Below are positions 36,969 to 50,348 of a stretch of DNA of 64,000 nt, piece after piece. The stretch is from Anthoceros angustus. Lineage: Eukaryota > Plantae > Anthocerotophyta. Below the pieces are notes generated by a model. The model saw nothing but the letters and a program-made list of their open reading frames with translations. It was not told the origin of the DNA and made no database searches. Numbering within the stretch: the stretch's first letter is position 1; every line of letters begins with the position of its first letter. Both the position numbers and the translations under genes were made by a program. The DNA is taken from assembly GCA_010909165.1 (NCBI GenBank), contig MU008173.1, forward strand, positions 744,001 through 808,000, in the 5' to 3' direction.

Positions 36969-37290
36969 CTTATCTAAATATATGTGTTTCCTAATATGTC
37001 ATCGATTATTTCTATTTCAGTTGGTTTAAGATGAGCCATAAGCATGGCATCTATATTTTGAATATGATTAATAATTAAATCTAATTTATTGTTGCAGACC
37101 ATGACTACATGCCACAAAGTATGGAGATTGGAAAAGGCTTGAGAACAATGTATACAAGATTGTACTTGAGTCTCTTGTTTGGTTTTGGTTGAGAGAAGCA
37201 TCTAAGAAAGCTATTGTTCTAAGAAGAAAAGCTTAGATATCCCTACATGCCCTCTTGCAACGCGCCATCCTCAGATTTCAAGGAAACCAT

Positions 37291-37507
37291 GCGCTGATAC
37301 TATATTAGAAATCATAGAGTTAGCAAGGTTTGCTAGACGAGCAATGATTAGAATTGTGTCAAGAGTAACAACACCTGAAGGCATATAAGCTAAAGGGTGT
37401 GCCCCTTGGTGAAGAGGTATGACCATAGCGATTACGTAATGTTAAGCAATGAATCTAAGATGGGTTAATATTAGGTTAATTAATTAGATATCCTAAATAT
37501 TCTGACA
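37291..37507 (-). repeat. Degenerate iMet PBS (37291-37302) and 5' LTR (37303-37507) of copia B
   Basis: Minus strand TAGTATCAGCGC, 2 mismatches to TGGTATCAGAGC; LTR ends TaTTAGAA...TTCTgACA form a decayed inverted repeat. Confidence 0.6.
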
Positions 37508-37781
37508 GTTTTGAGATCGTATGAGCTAAGATATTGGCTGAGAATGGCTATGTTTCCTTGATGCTTCTTTCTAGTAAAGATGGCTTTTTCCAGTGACCTC
37601 AATTCTTGCATATCTTTGCACCATCCAATTCATCTTGTGGTGGCGATCAGCGGGTGTGATTTCCAAATCATTTTGGGCTGTTCCGCTTTGTGCTAGATTG
37701 AGTGTTTTGGAGCACGAGGGCTCTCTTCTAATTTGATTAGCTTGTAGGGGTTAGGGGTGCGTACCTTTGACGTCCTGTGAT

Positions 37782-37892
37782 GTGGAGTAAAACTCTTGTT
37801 TTTGTTGTTCTTTGATAAAAAAACCTTATAATGATTCGTGGAGTAAAACTCTTGTTTTTGCTGTTCTTTGATAAAAAACCTTATAATGATCC
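37782..37892. repeat. 56 bp tandem duplication
   Basis: gtggagtaaaactcttgtttttg(t/c)tgttctttgataaaaaa(a)ccttataatgat occurs twice (37782, 37838). Confidence 0.9.
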
Positions 37893-38862
37893 ATGTCATT
37901 CAGTGGTCATGCGACACCATGTTCAGAGGCCTAGACCTTCATAGCCTTGAGTGTATTTCTCTGTGCACCATGGCCTGTCTTCATGTTGATTTGGTGATTG
38001 CTCCAGCGTTTGATTGAGTTGTAGGATTTTTTTCTTCATCGCGGGACGGCCGGCATATATATATCCTCCCTCCGGGTCTGCCATTGCCGTGCTTACTCAG
38101 TGAGGCATCAATGGTTAAAGAAGGCCCTTACAAGATGCATATCAACTTCATGTAAAAAAGATGGTGACACCTAGAAAAATAAATATTTGCATGAACTAGG
38201 AAGCAACCGCAAAGCTCTCCAAACTAGACTTTAGGGGATCTTGTAAGCTTAATGTTGGATCCAACTCAAAATCCTGTTGCGTACAAGGGGATGGAAGTAT
38301 TTTTTGGGTTCCAAGTTCATTAATTTTCGTGTGGCGTCAATGGTTGCCGGAATACGCTCCGTTTCTTTCGAAATAACGCCACGACATGTTCTGGACAGTT
38401 CGTCGATTTGCACAACTTGGCCAGTCGCCGATGGTCCATTGGCTGAGAGAAGAGCCTCTCTCGATCAGTCAGCCTTCTTCAGATATGAATCAGAAGCCGC
38501 TACAGGCCACAAGTTAATCTACACAGGATCTTTGTTGTGACGTGTCAATTTCTGGAGCGCAATTTTGATCCGCTGGCGAAGTTTGAAGTTCCGTACACTG
38601 GTGACTTGTAACCATAGCCAACCAGGAAGCGCATACGATGGTAACATCGTCCACAATAAAAACGAAACATGCGGAATAAGTTCCGCATCTTACTCGCAAC
38701 AAGCTCGCTGCTCTGAGCTCCGACGGGACGGCTGGGTAGGATTGACAAACCCGGAAAAATTGTTTCCATTCCCAGAGCTGGGAAGGCCATCGGGCTCTTC
38801 GAACTTGCACAGCCATCGCTGGATAGGCTACCACAAGGTTTCTGGGGCTTGCGGAATTTGGG

Positions 38863-41800
38863 ATGGCGGGCTTTCCTTCTTCCTTCGCCTTGCAAGCCTC
38901 GCCTGTTCCCATTGCAGCAAAGGGCTTTGAAGGGAGCTGCAAATTGCTAGATGTTCATAACAGCAAGCTGCGGGTTGGAGTGTCCAAGGCTGTGTGGGGC
39001 ATAGGGGACAGCTCATTGCTGGGGACGTCGCTTGGCTTGGATGGAATGACTGTTTGCAGAAAGCAGCGAAATGGGCTTCCGGAGTGGAAAGGTCAGCTTG
39101 TTGAGAACTCCCCTTCCGTCGGCTCTGCGGGGGGTGTCCGTGGATTTGATTCATCTGTGAGCTTGTTGGAGGAGTCGTTTAAGTCTGGAGCGGAGGAACA
39201 GCAGGAGAAGCGGCGGCCATTGAAGTTGCTTATTGCTGGAGGGGGGATAGGTGGTCTTGTGCTGGCCTTAGCAGCGAAAAACAAGGGAATTGATGTGACG
39301 GTTTTCGAGAGGGATTTGACGTCGATTAGAGGGGAGGGCATGTACAGAGGACCCATCCAGCTTCAAAGCAATGCGCTTGCAGCCCTGGAGGCCGTTGATC
39401 AGGATGTGGCAAACGAGATCATGGCGAATGGGTGCGTGACTGGGGATCGCATCAATGGCCTGGTGGATGGGCTCACAGGGGAATGGTACGGGACACAATG
39501 GAGTTCTGCCGTTTGAGTTGATGCCCGAGCTTCGATTGTGTGGCAGGAGTTGGTCTGTGCACCTGAGCTGGGATTGTAACTTTCTCTGCAGGTACATCAA
39601 ATTTGATACCTTCACACCTGCAGCTAGCAGAGGACTCCCCATTACAAGGGTAATTAGCAGGATGACGCTGCAAGATATCTTAGTTCGTGCGGTTGGACCC
39701 AACATCATCGAGAATTCGTGTAACGTGGTGGATTTTGAAGACGATGGCTCCAAGGTATTAGTCGGGCGAAAACCAGGATATCGAGCATGTCTTACATCAA
39801 GTTGAGCGCACTTGGTAACTTCCGCATGTTGGTTGAGGTGCAGGTGACCGTGCTGCTGGAGGATGGAAGGCGTTTTGAAGGTGATCTGCTAGTGGGTGCT
39901 GATGGGATTCGCTCAAAGGTACAGATCGTGTGCTTAAACCACTCCAGCCTCGCACTACCTAGAGAAGCTGGGTTTTGTACATCTGTCTTATCCCTTGTTT
40001 CCTTGGCTGCAGGTACGCACAAAGCTAATAGGGCACAAAGAATCCGTGTACGCAGATTACACATGTTACACTGGGATATGTGACTTTGTCCCAGCAGATA
40101 TAGAGAGTGTTGGGTAAGTGAGCAGTTGCTGCTTTCGAATGTTTTGTGAGGGTATCTGCCATTCTTTTGGTAACATGATCTTCTGCAGTGCAGATACCGT
40201 GTGTTTCTTGGCCACAAACAGTACTTCGTGTCCTCGGACGTGGGCAAGGGCATGATGCAATGGTATGCCTTTTACAATGAGCCGGCAGGAGGAAGTGATC
40301 CTCCGGGTGGTGAGTATCAAGATTCTGGAACATGTCCTGCCAGTCGTCTGTTTGCGTGCTGTGTTAACTTTGCGTTGTCCTTCTCAGCAAGGAAGAACAG
40401 GCTTATGGAACTCTTCGGGCACTGGTGTGATGGAGTTGTAGACCTGATTGCTTCAACTCCTGAAGAAAACATTTTGCGCCGAGATATTTATGATCGAGTT
40501 CCTATCATGCAATGGAGCAAGGGGAGGGTAACTCTACTTGGTGATTCTGCGCATGCCATGCAACCAAATCTCGGACAGGGTGGCTGTATGGCCATTGAGG
40601 TGAGCATGAGACAGGGTCATGCTTCTTAAGCACGGTTTTCCAGACCATTACTGTGACATGTCCTACTCTGTTTGTCCTGCGCAGGATGGATACCAGCTTG
40701 CTCTAGACCTCGAGAAGGCTGTCGCAGCGCTCTCTGAAAACAGATCTGTCGACATCACTGATGTTTTGAGAAGGTAATCCCGTTGCCGTTTTCCGTAGCT
40801 TTTCAGTACTGGCTCTTGAATGACTTTTGTTGAACGTAACTAGAACGCTGCGTAAACAGGTACGAAAGTGAGAGGAGAATGAGGGTTGGAGCAATTCATG
40901 GGCTTGCAAGAATGGCTGCTATTATGGCTTCCACGTACAAGCCATATCTTGGTGAAGGACTGGGCCCACTCTCGGTGAGATACCCGTTCGTTTGTGTGGC
41001 TTGAGGAGTTAACTGCCTGAAACAGATCATGCTTGTTGAGCACTCAGTTTTCATGCCTTGCAGTTCCTGACCAAGCTCAGAATACCACATCCCGGAAGGG
41101 TGGGTGGGAAGTTCTTCATCAGCATAGGCATGCCCTTCATGCTCAGCTGGGTTCTGACAGGAAACGAGTGAGTGGAGTGATCCACATGAAATTGATTCTT
41201 AGATTCTGAAGGCAGGTCTCTCCTCAGGAGCCATAGGTTATGATCTTACATCCCTGTTGTCTCTTTTGGTTGCAGCATGGCTCTGGAAGGGAGAGCACCT
41301 TCATGCCGACTTGAGGACAAGGTATGTGGGCGGTAGTTGCCGTACATCAATGTTAAATCAACATACACCTGTGCTTGACAGCCTCTGATGCTGGTATGTA
41401 TACATCCGAACAAATTGTAACAGGCTGATGACAAGCTCAAGAACTGGCTTGTCGATGACGATGCTTTGGAGCGTTCAATCTCTGCGGAGTGAGTATCCCT
41501 ACTCTCCTCTACTCCACACACTTTCTCAAAAGCTTGTGATATATCCTGTGTAAACGGGCTTTTTGGTATCATGCAGATGGTATCTGCTTCCACAAGGGGA
41601 GCGACTCCCTCTAGAGTCGAATGTTACCTCCTCAGGAAAGTCGCTGCTCCGCATCGGCGCCAACGAGGGAAAACCAACGATTATAGGGTATGTGGACTGG
41701 CTGTGAAATTGGCACTTGTCTCCCGGATCGCGGGTCTCCCTCTGATAGACCAACATCTGATGTGGTGATCCAGGAGTGTGGCTTGCAAGATCGAGGAAGG

Positions 41801-42352
41801 AGACGCCGCAGTCATTCCAGTTCCGCAGGTGAGATCTCGACCCTAGGGTATTGGTGAAACACTGTGCTTCTCGACAAGCCTCTGTACGGCGTCAACACTG
41901 TCATGCAGGTAGCAGAAAAACACGCTCGGATCCAGCGTACAGAGGGTGCCTTCTTCTTAACTGACCTCGGGAGCAGTAGCGGTACTTGGGTTACGAAGTA
42001 AGTCACTGGCCCTTCAGGGTTATGGTTTTTGCCGTCGGTGGAGCTGAATCTTGACACTGATTCCTCATCGCCCCTGCGTCCTTCTCAGCGTGGATGGTGG
42101 TCGCTACCGCGTTCCGCCACACATGCCTGTTCGCATCCATCCTAGTGACTTGATAGAGTTTGGGCCGAGCAAAGAGGTATGTAGCGGAACGCGTTGTGCA
42201 TGCTCCCTGATCCTCGATTGTCCAGAATTGCTTCTTAATGCGACGTTTATCTTAAACAGGCCGCATATAAGGTGAGACTGAGGAAGTCGTTGGCGGAGGT
42301 GAAGCTTTCCAGGGAAGAATCAGACGCCAAAGCGTCTCGCTTGGTCGGCTAG
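38863..42352 (+). CDS. ZEP: Zeaxanthin epoxidase, chloroplastic (multi-exon)
   Basis: Transit peptide, then LKLLIAGGGIGGLVLALAAK..FERDLTSIRGEGMYRGPIQLQSNALAALEA; LLVGADGIRSK; YTCYTGICDF; VTLLGDSAHAMQPNLGQGGCMAIE; C-terminal FHA domain (KHARIQRTEGAFFLTDLGSSSGTWV). GT-AG introns, e.g. exon 1 38863-39485, exon 2 39592-39754, last exon 42260-42352. Confidence 0.97.
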
Positions 42353-43565
42353 CGGCCTGGTAGGCTGCGGTGATTCCTTACAAGACAAGCTAACACGACA
42401 CTCAGCAATCTCAAGCGGAAGGTGAAAACGCACATCGTTTGAGCCGTCGTAACTACCTACAAACCTACTTCGAAAATATGGCATACATATTCGGACGTCA
42501 ACAATGCTGAAAGGGTGTTGCAAATGCTAAGGGAAGTTAAGGCTAGGTGTGGAATTTCGGAATACCTTCCGGAATCCTCAGGATGTACAATACTATCAAG
42601 GGAAGGCTACTGGTATAGGTATCTCTTACGACGGGGGACAAGCTGGCGCTACGTGGAGTATATGATGTAGATATCTAACAGCTTTTGAAAGAAAAGATTT
42701 TTTATCGGGAAGTTTACTCCTATCCTTTCCTTTAAAGGACAATTTCTGCCCAGTTACCTCTTACGAAGCACAACGTTCTCTTCGTTCACTCGTGGCTGTT
42801 CATTCTGCGGAATCCTCATAGACACAGAGCCTTTGACTCTTAGCCAAAGAGGGTTGGTTGATCCCACCAAGAAGATTGATAACTGCCCGGAGATTGCGAG
42901 TTTGCAACTCGCTAGCTTCAGGTAGGCCTCCTCAACTGCTTTCGCTGAAGCGACCAGGATTTTAAAACTAGTGCTTGTCATGTTGCTGCCCAGTTGCAGT
43001 CCGAATAACAGACAACATTTTGAACAGGAATAAACGACTCCCAAGAGCCTTCTGTGCCAATTGACGACCGCCAATCGGAAGATGCAGACACGTCTAGCAA
43101 CTTTGTCAGAGAACAGGTGTGGTGGCCTGAATTCCTTCCCCCCTGAACAGTAATAACATTCCTGAAGTCCAATCATCCTACTAAATATGAAAACGCTCCC
43201 AGACACTTTTAGCGACTTAGAGTTTCTATCAAGGGCACTGAACACTCACTCTAAATCTTGGCCAAACCCATGAACGGCCTGGAGAGCAACGGTGATCGGC
43301 TCAATATTGCATTCTGCAATAAGAGGCCTCCCTTTAGCATCCCCGTCAACAGGAGGCGAAGCTGGAGCTACACCTTTCAGATGCCTCTTGTTTTACTTAC
43401 TGACTCCATGTAGAGAACATACCTGACTCACAAACTCTTGCATATCCTTTCAATTAATGGAACTGCAATGGAGAGCAGCCTGATGCCTCGTCGATAGCCA
43501 CTCTATCAAATCATGTGGTGCCAAGATTTGAAGCAGTGTACACAGGAGGAAAGGTTTGTCATAAT

Positions 43566-45599
43566 CTACTGCAGATTATCGCACACAGCTTTTGTAAAAT
43601 CCGTTGTGGATGCAGAGCCTCCAAGATCGCCAGTACGCCACTTTCCATCCGCAATAGTCTTGAGTACCGAATTCTGGATACTGTCTGCCTGCTGAGTCAT
43701 GTTTAAGTGTCGAAGCATCATGACTGAACTGAGAAGGAGGGCTGTTGGATTTGCCATGTTCTGCGGGACAGTCTTAATATGTCAGACATCACATGAAATA
43801 AGCAACGCTAACAGAATGTCAACATTGTTTCAGCACTTCTTGCATTTTCTTATTTTTGGAGAGATGACAACCTTTCCAGCTATATCAGGAGCTGTGCCAT
43901 GCACGGCTTCCATCAGCGCAAGTCCGTTATCACCTATGTTGCCACTGCAGAGGCATACATGGTCAACTCAATAATAAAATATTCCACAAATCTTTAAGAC
44001 TATCAAAGGATTGCCAACTCCAACAAAACATATCTATCAGCAGTACTTGCCTTGGCGTCAATCCAAGGCCACCGATCAGACCAGCACACAAGTCACTGAT
44101 TATGTCGCCATACAGGTTAGGCATGACCAGAACATCAAATAGAGAAGGATTCTTGACAAGCTGCACAATCAAGACAGACGACAAGAGCTTGTCAGAATAG
44201 GATGCAAAAACACCCCAAGGAACAGAATCTGGGACAGCCAGTAAGATGTGTAAACTGCCTTTTCACAAACAGAAACGAAGTTGATGGGGTAATACCATCA
44301 TGCAGCAGTTGTCAATGATAACCTCCTCGTACCCAATATCAGGGTACTTCTCTGCAACTTCACGACAGCACTGCCAGAGTAGCTAAAGGTAAGGTAAAGG
44401 CACGAATGGCAGAACAAAGTAGGGACCTCGACCAGCCATTTCATGCAAGAAACAATCGCGTAAAGAATGTACCCCTGCAATTGTCAAGGGTTGGAAGACA
44501 GACCTGCAGGAAAAGCCCATCGGTTTTTTTCATAATGTTGGCCTTGTGGATGGCTGAAACTCGCTTCCTGTTGTGGTCCTTAGCATAATGGAAAGCGTAT
44601 TCCGCAATACGCAAGCTAGCTTGCCGAGTTATGATCTTCAAGCTCTCCACAACGCCCTTGACTACCTGGAATTGGAAAGACATGAGAAAGATCAACGAAG
44701 CTACAGAAGTACGAAATTGCAAATGCTGCAGCTGCAGGAATGCCTCTCAAGTCGGAGGTTCCTGACCTGATGCTCGAGACCACTGTATTCTCCTTCAGTG
44801 TTCTCTCGGATCGTTACAAGGTCAACATTATCATACGGGGTCTTATACCCTGGAATGCTGAGACAAGGCCTCACGTTTGCATACAGTCCTAGCTCTCTGC
44901 GCAGAGTAAGATTGAGGGATTTGAATCCCTTGCCAATTGGTGTGGTCATCGGTCCTTTCAGACCAATACCATGTTTTCGCACGGACTCCATACTCTCATA
45001 TGTGAGAAAGCTGCCCGTTCTCTGGTCCACCGTAGTACCCACGTAGTGCTCGTCCCACTCGATAGGCACATTTGCCGCCTTGAAAATCTGACAAAATAAG
45101 TTGACGAAAATCATCAGAAATCCCAAACCACGATTCCACTCCAGATCACTGCTACTTCGACGAACCACACTTAAAACGCGAGAACAATGCATAGCTAGCA
45201 GGATCAACCATCAGATCTCAGAAGCTTCCAGACACACAAAAAACGCAACTCTCAACACTGAGATCTAGCGGTCCCAGAGTCAGAATCCCCCGAACAATTC
45301 TCCACTTCGAAGCGTACCTCCTTGACAGCAGTCGCAATCTCCGGCCCAATTCCATCTCCAGGGAAAAGAGTCGCAGTCACAGTGCCTCCAGAGTACGATG
45401 ACATAGATCTGCTGCTTGCCTGACTGCTAGCTGACTCATCCTCGCCACCGACCGATGACGTGCTGTAGGAGCATTCACAGGAGGGAGGATTCCGAATTAG
45501 AGCTGCTACAGGCTGAGAATGCGAGGGTTGGCCAAAATTCCGGGACAAAGTGGCACGACGCAGAAGGTGCGTAAGGCGGCGGGCAGCCGGAGACGCCAT
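43566..45599 (-). CDS. IDH5: NAD-dependent isocitrate dehydrogenase, mitochondrial catalytic subunit (IDH5/6-type, multi-exon)
   Basis: Presequence MASPAARRL.., [97 protein letters not shown] keeps the Asp residues of catalytic subunits. Ends [24 protein letters not shown]. Confidence 0.95.
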
Positions 45600-46703
45600 C
45601 AGCAGGAACCTGTGCCAAGCAGTGCCGAAAGATGAGCAGCCAGAAGAGGGTCTGCAGCACAAGTGCTGATGAGCTGGTTCACCTCGTAGTCTGCCTTTGG
45701 ACCGGACGGCACGCACTCCAACATCAACCAGTCAGATCTCTGGGAGGCTGCCAACAGTCCAGCTTAAGCGATGCTGTAAGACCCTGCCAAATCAACAGAG
45801 CTCTGGGTTAGGGTTCAGTTCTAGCAGCCAGTAGACATGGAAATCCAGCCATCGCACACCATAACCAGCCAGTTGTGGCCGATGAGTCCTGGAAATGCGA
45901 AGGATTGAGTTATGATGAACTCTGTCCTACCCCCAGCTGCGCCCACTAAACTGCTCGTAGGCAATGTTCTAACGGCCGCATTGCCACGCCTCCAGCAGCA
46001 TCCCCAGCTGCTGAACGAGACTTCCGAACCTGCCAGCCCCGATCTACTGAAGCGGGAGAATGTAGGCAGCTGGGAATGGCGGGTCCCACGCTTATGAAAG
46101 GCTGAACACCTCACCGGAATATTGGCTCGTGGTTTCGATTCTTGCATAAACTCAAACTACGCGCAAATTGCACATTGCACTTCTATGCACTCTTAGCTTA
46201 TGGAAAAGCGATAAAAAGAGCCCATGTCGTATACCCTTTGCTCTAGCTCAGTAGCTATCTCTGTTGCTGGCTATTTTATACCAGAATCCTGGAAGAAAAT
46301 TAAAAACAAACGCGTGTATCCAGGTATGAAGGCCGGGACGATGATATACGTAAACTATCGCTTAAATATTTATGCAAAGAGATTGAAATCCTAGGACTTT
46401 AAATACGGACGCGAGTTGTGGTGAGTAGAAGAAGTTGAAGAAATCTATTATAGCCCCCGGAGTAGCAAGTTTTTGAAGTTCTAGTTACTAAAGTTTTTTT
46501 TTCTTTCTGGTTTTCTGCCTAGAATACCTAGCACTATGTCTCTACGACACAAAATTTAGGTAGTATTTTTAGGGTATTTGTGTTTTTATTTCACTTTTGC
46601 TTATTCATAGCTTTTGCTTACAATGGTCTTTCATGCTTCTCGGGCTTTGAATTTCTCAAACCAAAGCATGAGAACCTAAAGTTGCCAAACATGCATGAAG
46701 CAC

Positions 46704-46897
46704 GTCAATAAATAAGGGCCGCTCTGCACCGTGCATCCATTAGTTCAGCCGAACTATGTCAATAAATAAAGGCTGCTTTGCAGTGTGCATTCGTTAGTTC
46801 AGCCGAACTGAATAGTGTCTCGGCTGAACAGGAGACACCAACTATAGTTCAGCCGAACTGAATAGTGTCTCAGCTGAACAAGAGACACCAACTAGTG
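46704..46897. repeat. Composite short tandem repeat (A-A'-B-B') around palindromic core AGTTCAGCCGAACT; possible DNA-transposon terminus
   Basis: Core at 46742, 46796 and 46846; two ~53 bp units and two ~50 bp units; ends in ACTAGTG, which reads CACTAGT on the minus strand. Confidence 0.75.
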
Positions 46898-48696
46898 GTA
46901 TGACGTTCAATTCTCGATGAACAAAACGATTACAAATTGTGAATCGTACCAAATTGATTGTAAGCACCTTCGCACAAACGGCCATTAACTAATCGTTATG
47001 TTGATTTTTGGATAACCTCATATTGTTTCATGCGAAAGGAAAGGAAAAGAGAATCGTAAATAGTAAAGAAAATATATAAAAGATAATAAAATAATAAAAA
47101 TTAAAATAGATACTATATTTTTTCCATAGTTAATGTGAACAATGTGAGCTTTCCTAGTAGTTCACTTCACCGTTGACCATGAACTGAACTGTTCTACTCC
47201 ACATCAACAGACTGCAGACTACGTTGGATTATGCTATGTGCTGGAGATTTAACTCTACAAGATTTTACAACATCTCATTGTAAAATATGTTGTAAATTGT
47301 CTTGTATAAGTTGTCCTCCTCTTGTGATACAGTCACATACCTCAAACTACAGAAGCCCGCCAAGACTTCACAGTAGCATGTCGAGCACAACAAAGGGCCT
47401 ATATCAAAAGGCTCGGAAAATACTTACTCCAAGACCTCTAGCATCCGCTTGAGAGATTTTGGAGGAAAATCGTCAAGGATGTGCAACAAGAGAATCCCAT
47501 CTTAGAGGCATGTGAATGGTACAACTACGCTAAAACCCTATTGAAGCGAAATGATCAACAACATAATATCCCATTCCTTCCTCTGTTTTTCACTCTAACA
47601 ATGGAGATTGTGAAGCAACTTTGGCTAGCGGACTAGCCGGGCGCACATTAACCCAATGTCGATGTAGTACGGGGGTTCGTTGCATAGGAAATGGACTCGT
47701 GCTTCTGCTGCCTAAGCTCTACAACTGGTCACCTGAACGGACTTTATCATGTGGGGTCCGTCGATCTCCGTGAGCCCAGCCGCATACCACTCCTCACTCA
47801 ACGGCCTTCCACTTAACCTCGCTCAAGGTATCTCAAAACACTGTTAAAGGTCCGGCGGACGAGAACGAGTTTAACGACGTGTTTCCTCCGTCAGCCTACA
47901 GACCCTAGCGCCCCAACGTTCTTACTCCATCGACTCCTTCCGACAGCACCCCAACGCAACACACACAGGCCGCAGCACCTTCCCCCTTCCTGATCCACCC
48001 ATGGCTGGTATTCGCGACACCAGCACGTCGACGAATTCACACCGGACCTCCCTTGCTCCTTCCGGCTGCTTCGCGTTCCGTGGGGTATTGGCTTCTCAGC
48101 CTACAACCCCATAGCCTCCGCCTAGCAACCTCCAAGGATGGCTTCCGCCCAGGAGGGTCACCCCCCAGCGCCCCCTAACCCTTCCAGCTCCTTCACGTTC
48201 TGCGGAGAAGTGGCTTCGCAACCTGCAACCCCACAGCCTCCATTCCAGCAGCCTCCAAGGTTAGTCTCGCACCCGAGAAATCACCCTTGAGCACCTCCTG
48301 AGCTCAGGTCCGACCCCGGTCTGCACCCATCAAGCGGGTTGGCGGAGCTCGTCACCAGATCTCTCAATACATCCCTCTACCACCAATTAATCCTACACAG
48401 TGACGTAGGAACACACTCCGCTCCTCGAACATGGGAAGCAAGAGCACATGGAGTGCGGAGATGGTACCTGGGATAGTCCCCGGTCTTGGGCACCGAGGCC
48501 TCCTTATACTCCCTCACACCCTAATCTAACCCGTATAGTTATGAACCTTAACCCTAGGTTGTTGTAACCGCCAGGCGATAGCTCATCATTTCGTCGGACT
48601 TCTTCCACCGGGCGCTCTCCTGCCCAACAGCAGATCCATTCTAGACTATGCTGCCCGACCGAAGTAAGTCGCCTGACCAGACCAAGCTGCCTAGCC

Positions 48697-48752
48697 GGAC
48701 CACTCCGTCGGACCTCGCCCGGACGGACCACTCTGCCGGATCTCGCCCGGAC
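48697..48752. repeat. 28 bp tandem duplication in decayed GC-rich repeat region
   Basis: ggaccactc(c/t)g(t/c)cgga(c/t)ctcgcccggac occurs twice. Confidence 0.8.
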
Positions 48753-49040
48753 GGTCTGGCCTCTAACGGACCGAGGGTCTAGAGATTGCACACTAAGTGC
48801 AATCTGGCCAAAAATGGCCTTATTGGCTAACTCCGCCCTATCCCTGCTCAGAAGTGACCACCCAAGAAAACAAATCCAGCCCAAAACAAGCAGTCGGGGT
48901 CATGAACACCGGATTGGCACTCCACAGAGATCCCAGGGTTGTGTACTCAGAGTGCACCAGACGTCCAGCGCTACTTTCTAGAGTCGTAGTTTGTTCCTCT
49001 CGAGATGGCCATGATCAGGCTAGCGGTTAATGTTCTCTCA

Positions 49041-49068
49041 CAATTGCGCCAGACGTCTGGCGCAATTG
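49041..49068. repeat. Perfect 28 bp palindrome
   Basis: CAATTGCGCCAGACGTCTGGCGCAATTG equals its own reverse complement. Confidence 0.95.
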
Positions 49069-49467
49069 CTTCTTTTCGGCTTGCGAGTTGGTTCTTTTGG
49101 CATGTTGGTTGTGCTGGACATCCGGCGCAATTTGGCTTGCTGGATTAGTTTGGTTTGGTTTGCATACTGTTCACCCTGCTAGGAAGTACTATCGCCTGCG
49201 AAAGAGATGTTTAGGGTTCCTAGCACCGGTTATAAATCCTTGAAATCCCTTCCTTGTGCAAGTGAAATCCGCGAACCTTCTTTGGCTTAAACCCTGTTAG
49301 CGTAAGTATTCGCGAGAAAATAACATGGTCAATATATTTCTATACATGTCTAAAGAGTGGTTTTGCTAAAGATGATGCATTTTGGCCCGTTTTGAGGGGT
49401 CATTTTTTGGTCTTTAGGAACCCAAACCCCTTTAATGGAGAATAACCCCTATCTGGAGAGACATTGT

Positions 49468-50348
49468 TATTAACAACATCACAGACATACTGGCTACTAA
49501 GTTCAAGATGTGCAATTTAGGACCACTTCGGAGTTGTCTTGGGATTCACATTCAGAGAAATAGAAAGAGTAGAGTTATGATATTAACTCAGCCTCGTTAC
49601 GTTTTGAATAGTGTTGAGCATCTAGGTTTGAAGGATGCAAAGCCTGCAGCCACGCCCCTACCAAGTGGACTTAAGCTTAGTAAGAGCATGTCACCAGTAC
49701 TCAATCGGTGTCAAAGATTCCTTACCGGCAGGGAGTGGGCAAGCTTATTTATGCGGCAAACAATACTCGACCAGAAGTTGTTTATGCCACAAGCGTCCTC
49801 TAACAGTTTCTCAAAAACCCTAGCCAGGAACATTGGACGTGTGTTAAAAGAGTCTTCAAATATCTTAAAGGCACACAATACAGAGGCATCAAGTACTGTT
49901 ACCAGAAGGGGATAGCGCTTGATCTTGATGTGTACACCGACTCATATTATGCTGGTGACGTGGCTACCAGAAAGTCTGTTTCTGGGTATATCGTCAATAT
50001 TACAGGAGGGTTGATATGTTGGTCTAGTAAGAAGCAACCTACAGTTGCACTATCTAGCACTAAAGCCGAACATCGGGTACTCACTGCTGCAGCTAAAGAG
50101 ATTGTTTGGTGCACGCCCAATTTACACAAGAATAAAAACGGATAATCAGGGCTCTATAGCTCTAGCAAAGAATCATGTTTTGACTCATAAACAAAGCATA
50201 TAGAGGTGGAATATCACTACATAAGAGACTTGATAGCTGCTGGACAATTCAACTAGTGTATGCACCCATGATTGAAAATATGGTAGACATATTCACTAAA
50301 GCCCTAGGAAGGGACTTGCACGAAAAGCATGTATGTTCTCTGGGACTC
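49468..50348 (+). pseudogene. Ty1/copia RT C-terminus and RNase H remnant
   Basis: KFKMCNLGPLRSCLGIHI..LTQPRYV..DAKPAATPL; YTDSYYAGDVATRKSVSGYI..CWSSKKQPTVALSSTKAE; DNQGSIALAKN; HIEVEYHYIRD; VDIFTKAL. Frameshifted. Confidence 0.92.

Noticed and set aside
42754-43245. 163 aa minus-strand ORF between ZEP and IDH
   Set aside because: No recognisable motif or convincing start; lies between the two convergent 3' ends.
46704-46897. CRISPR-like repeat-spacer pattern
   Set aside because: Only three 14 bp cores, the spacers are duplicates of each other, no cas genes, eukaryotic context.
47231-47580. Possible LINE ORF2 remnant (ERFWRKIVKD...)
   Set aside because: Several stops and no diagnostic endonuclease or RT motif; cannot be supported.
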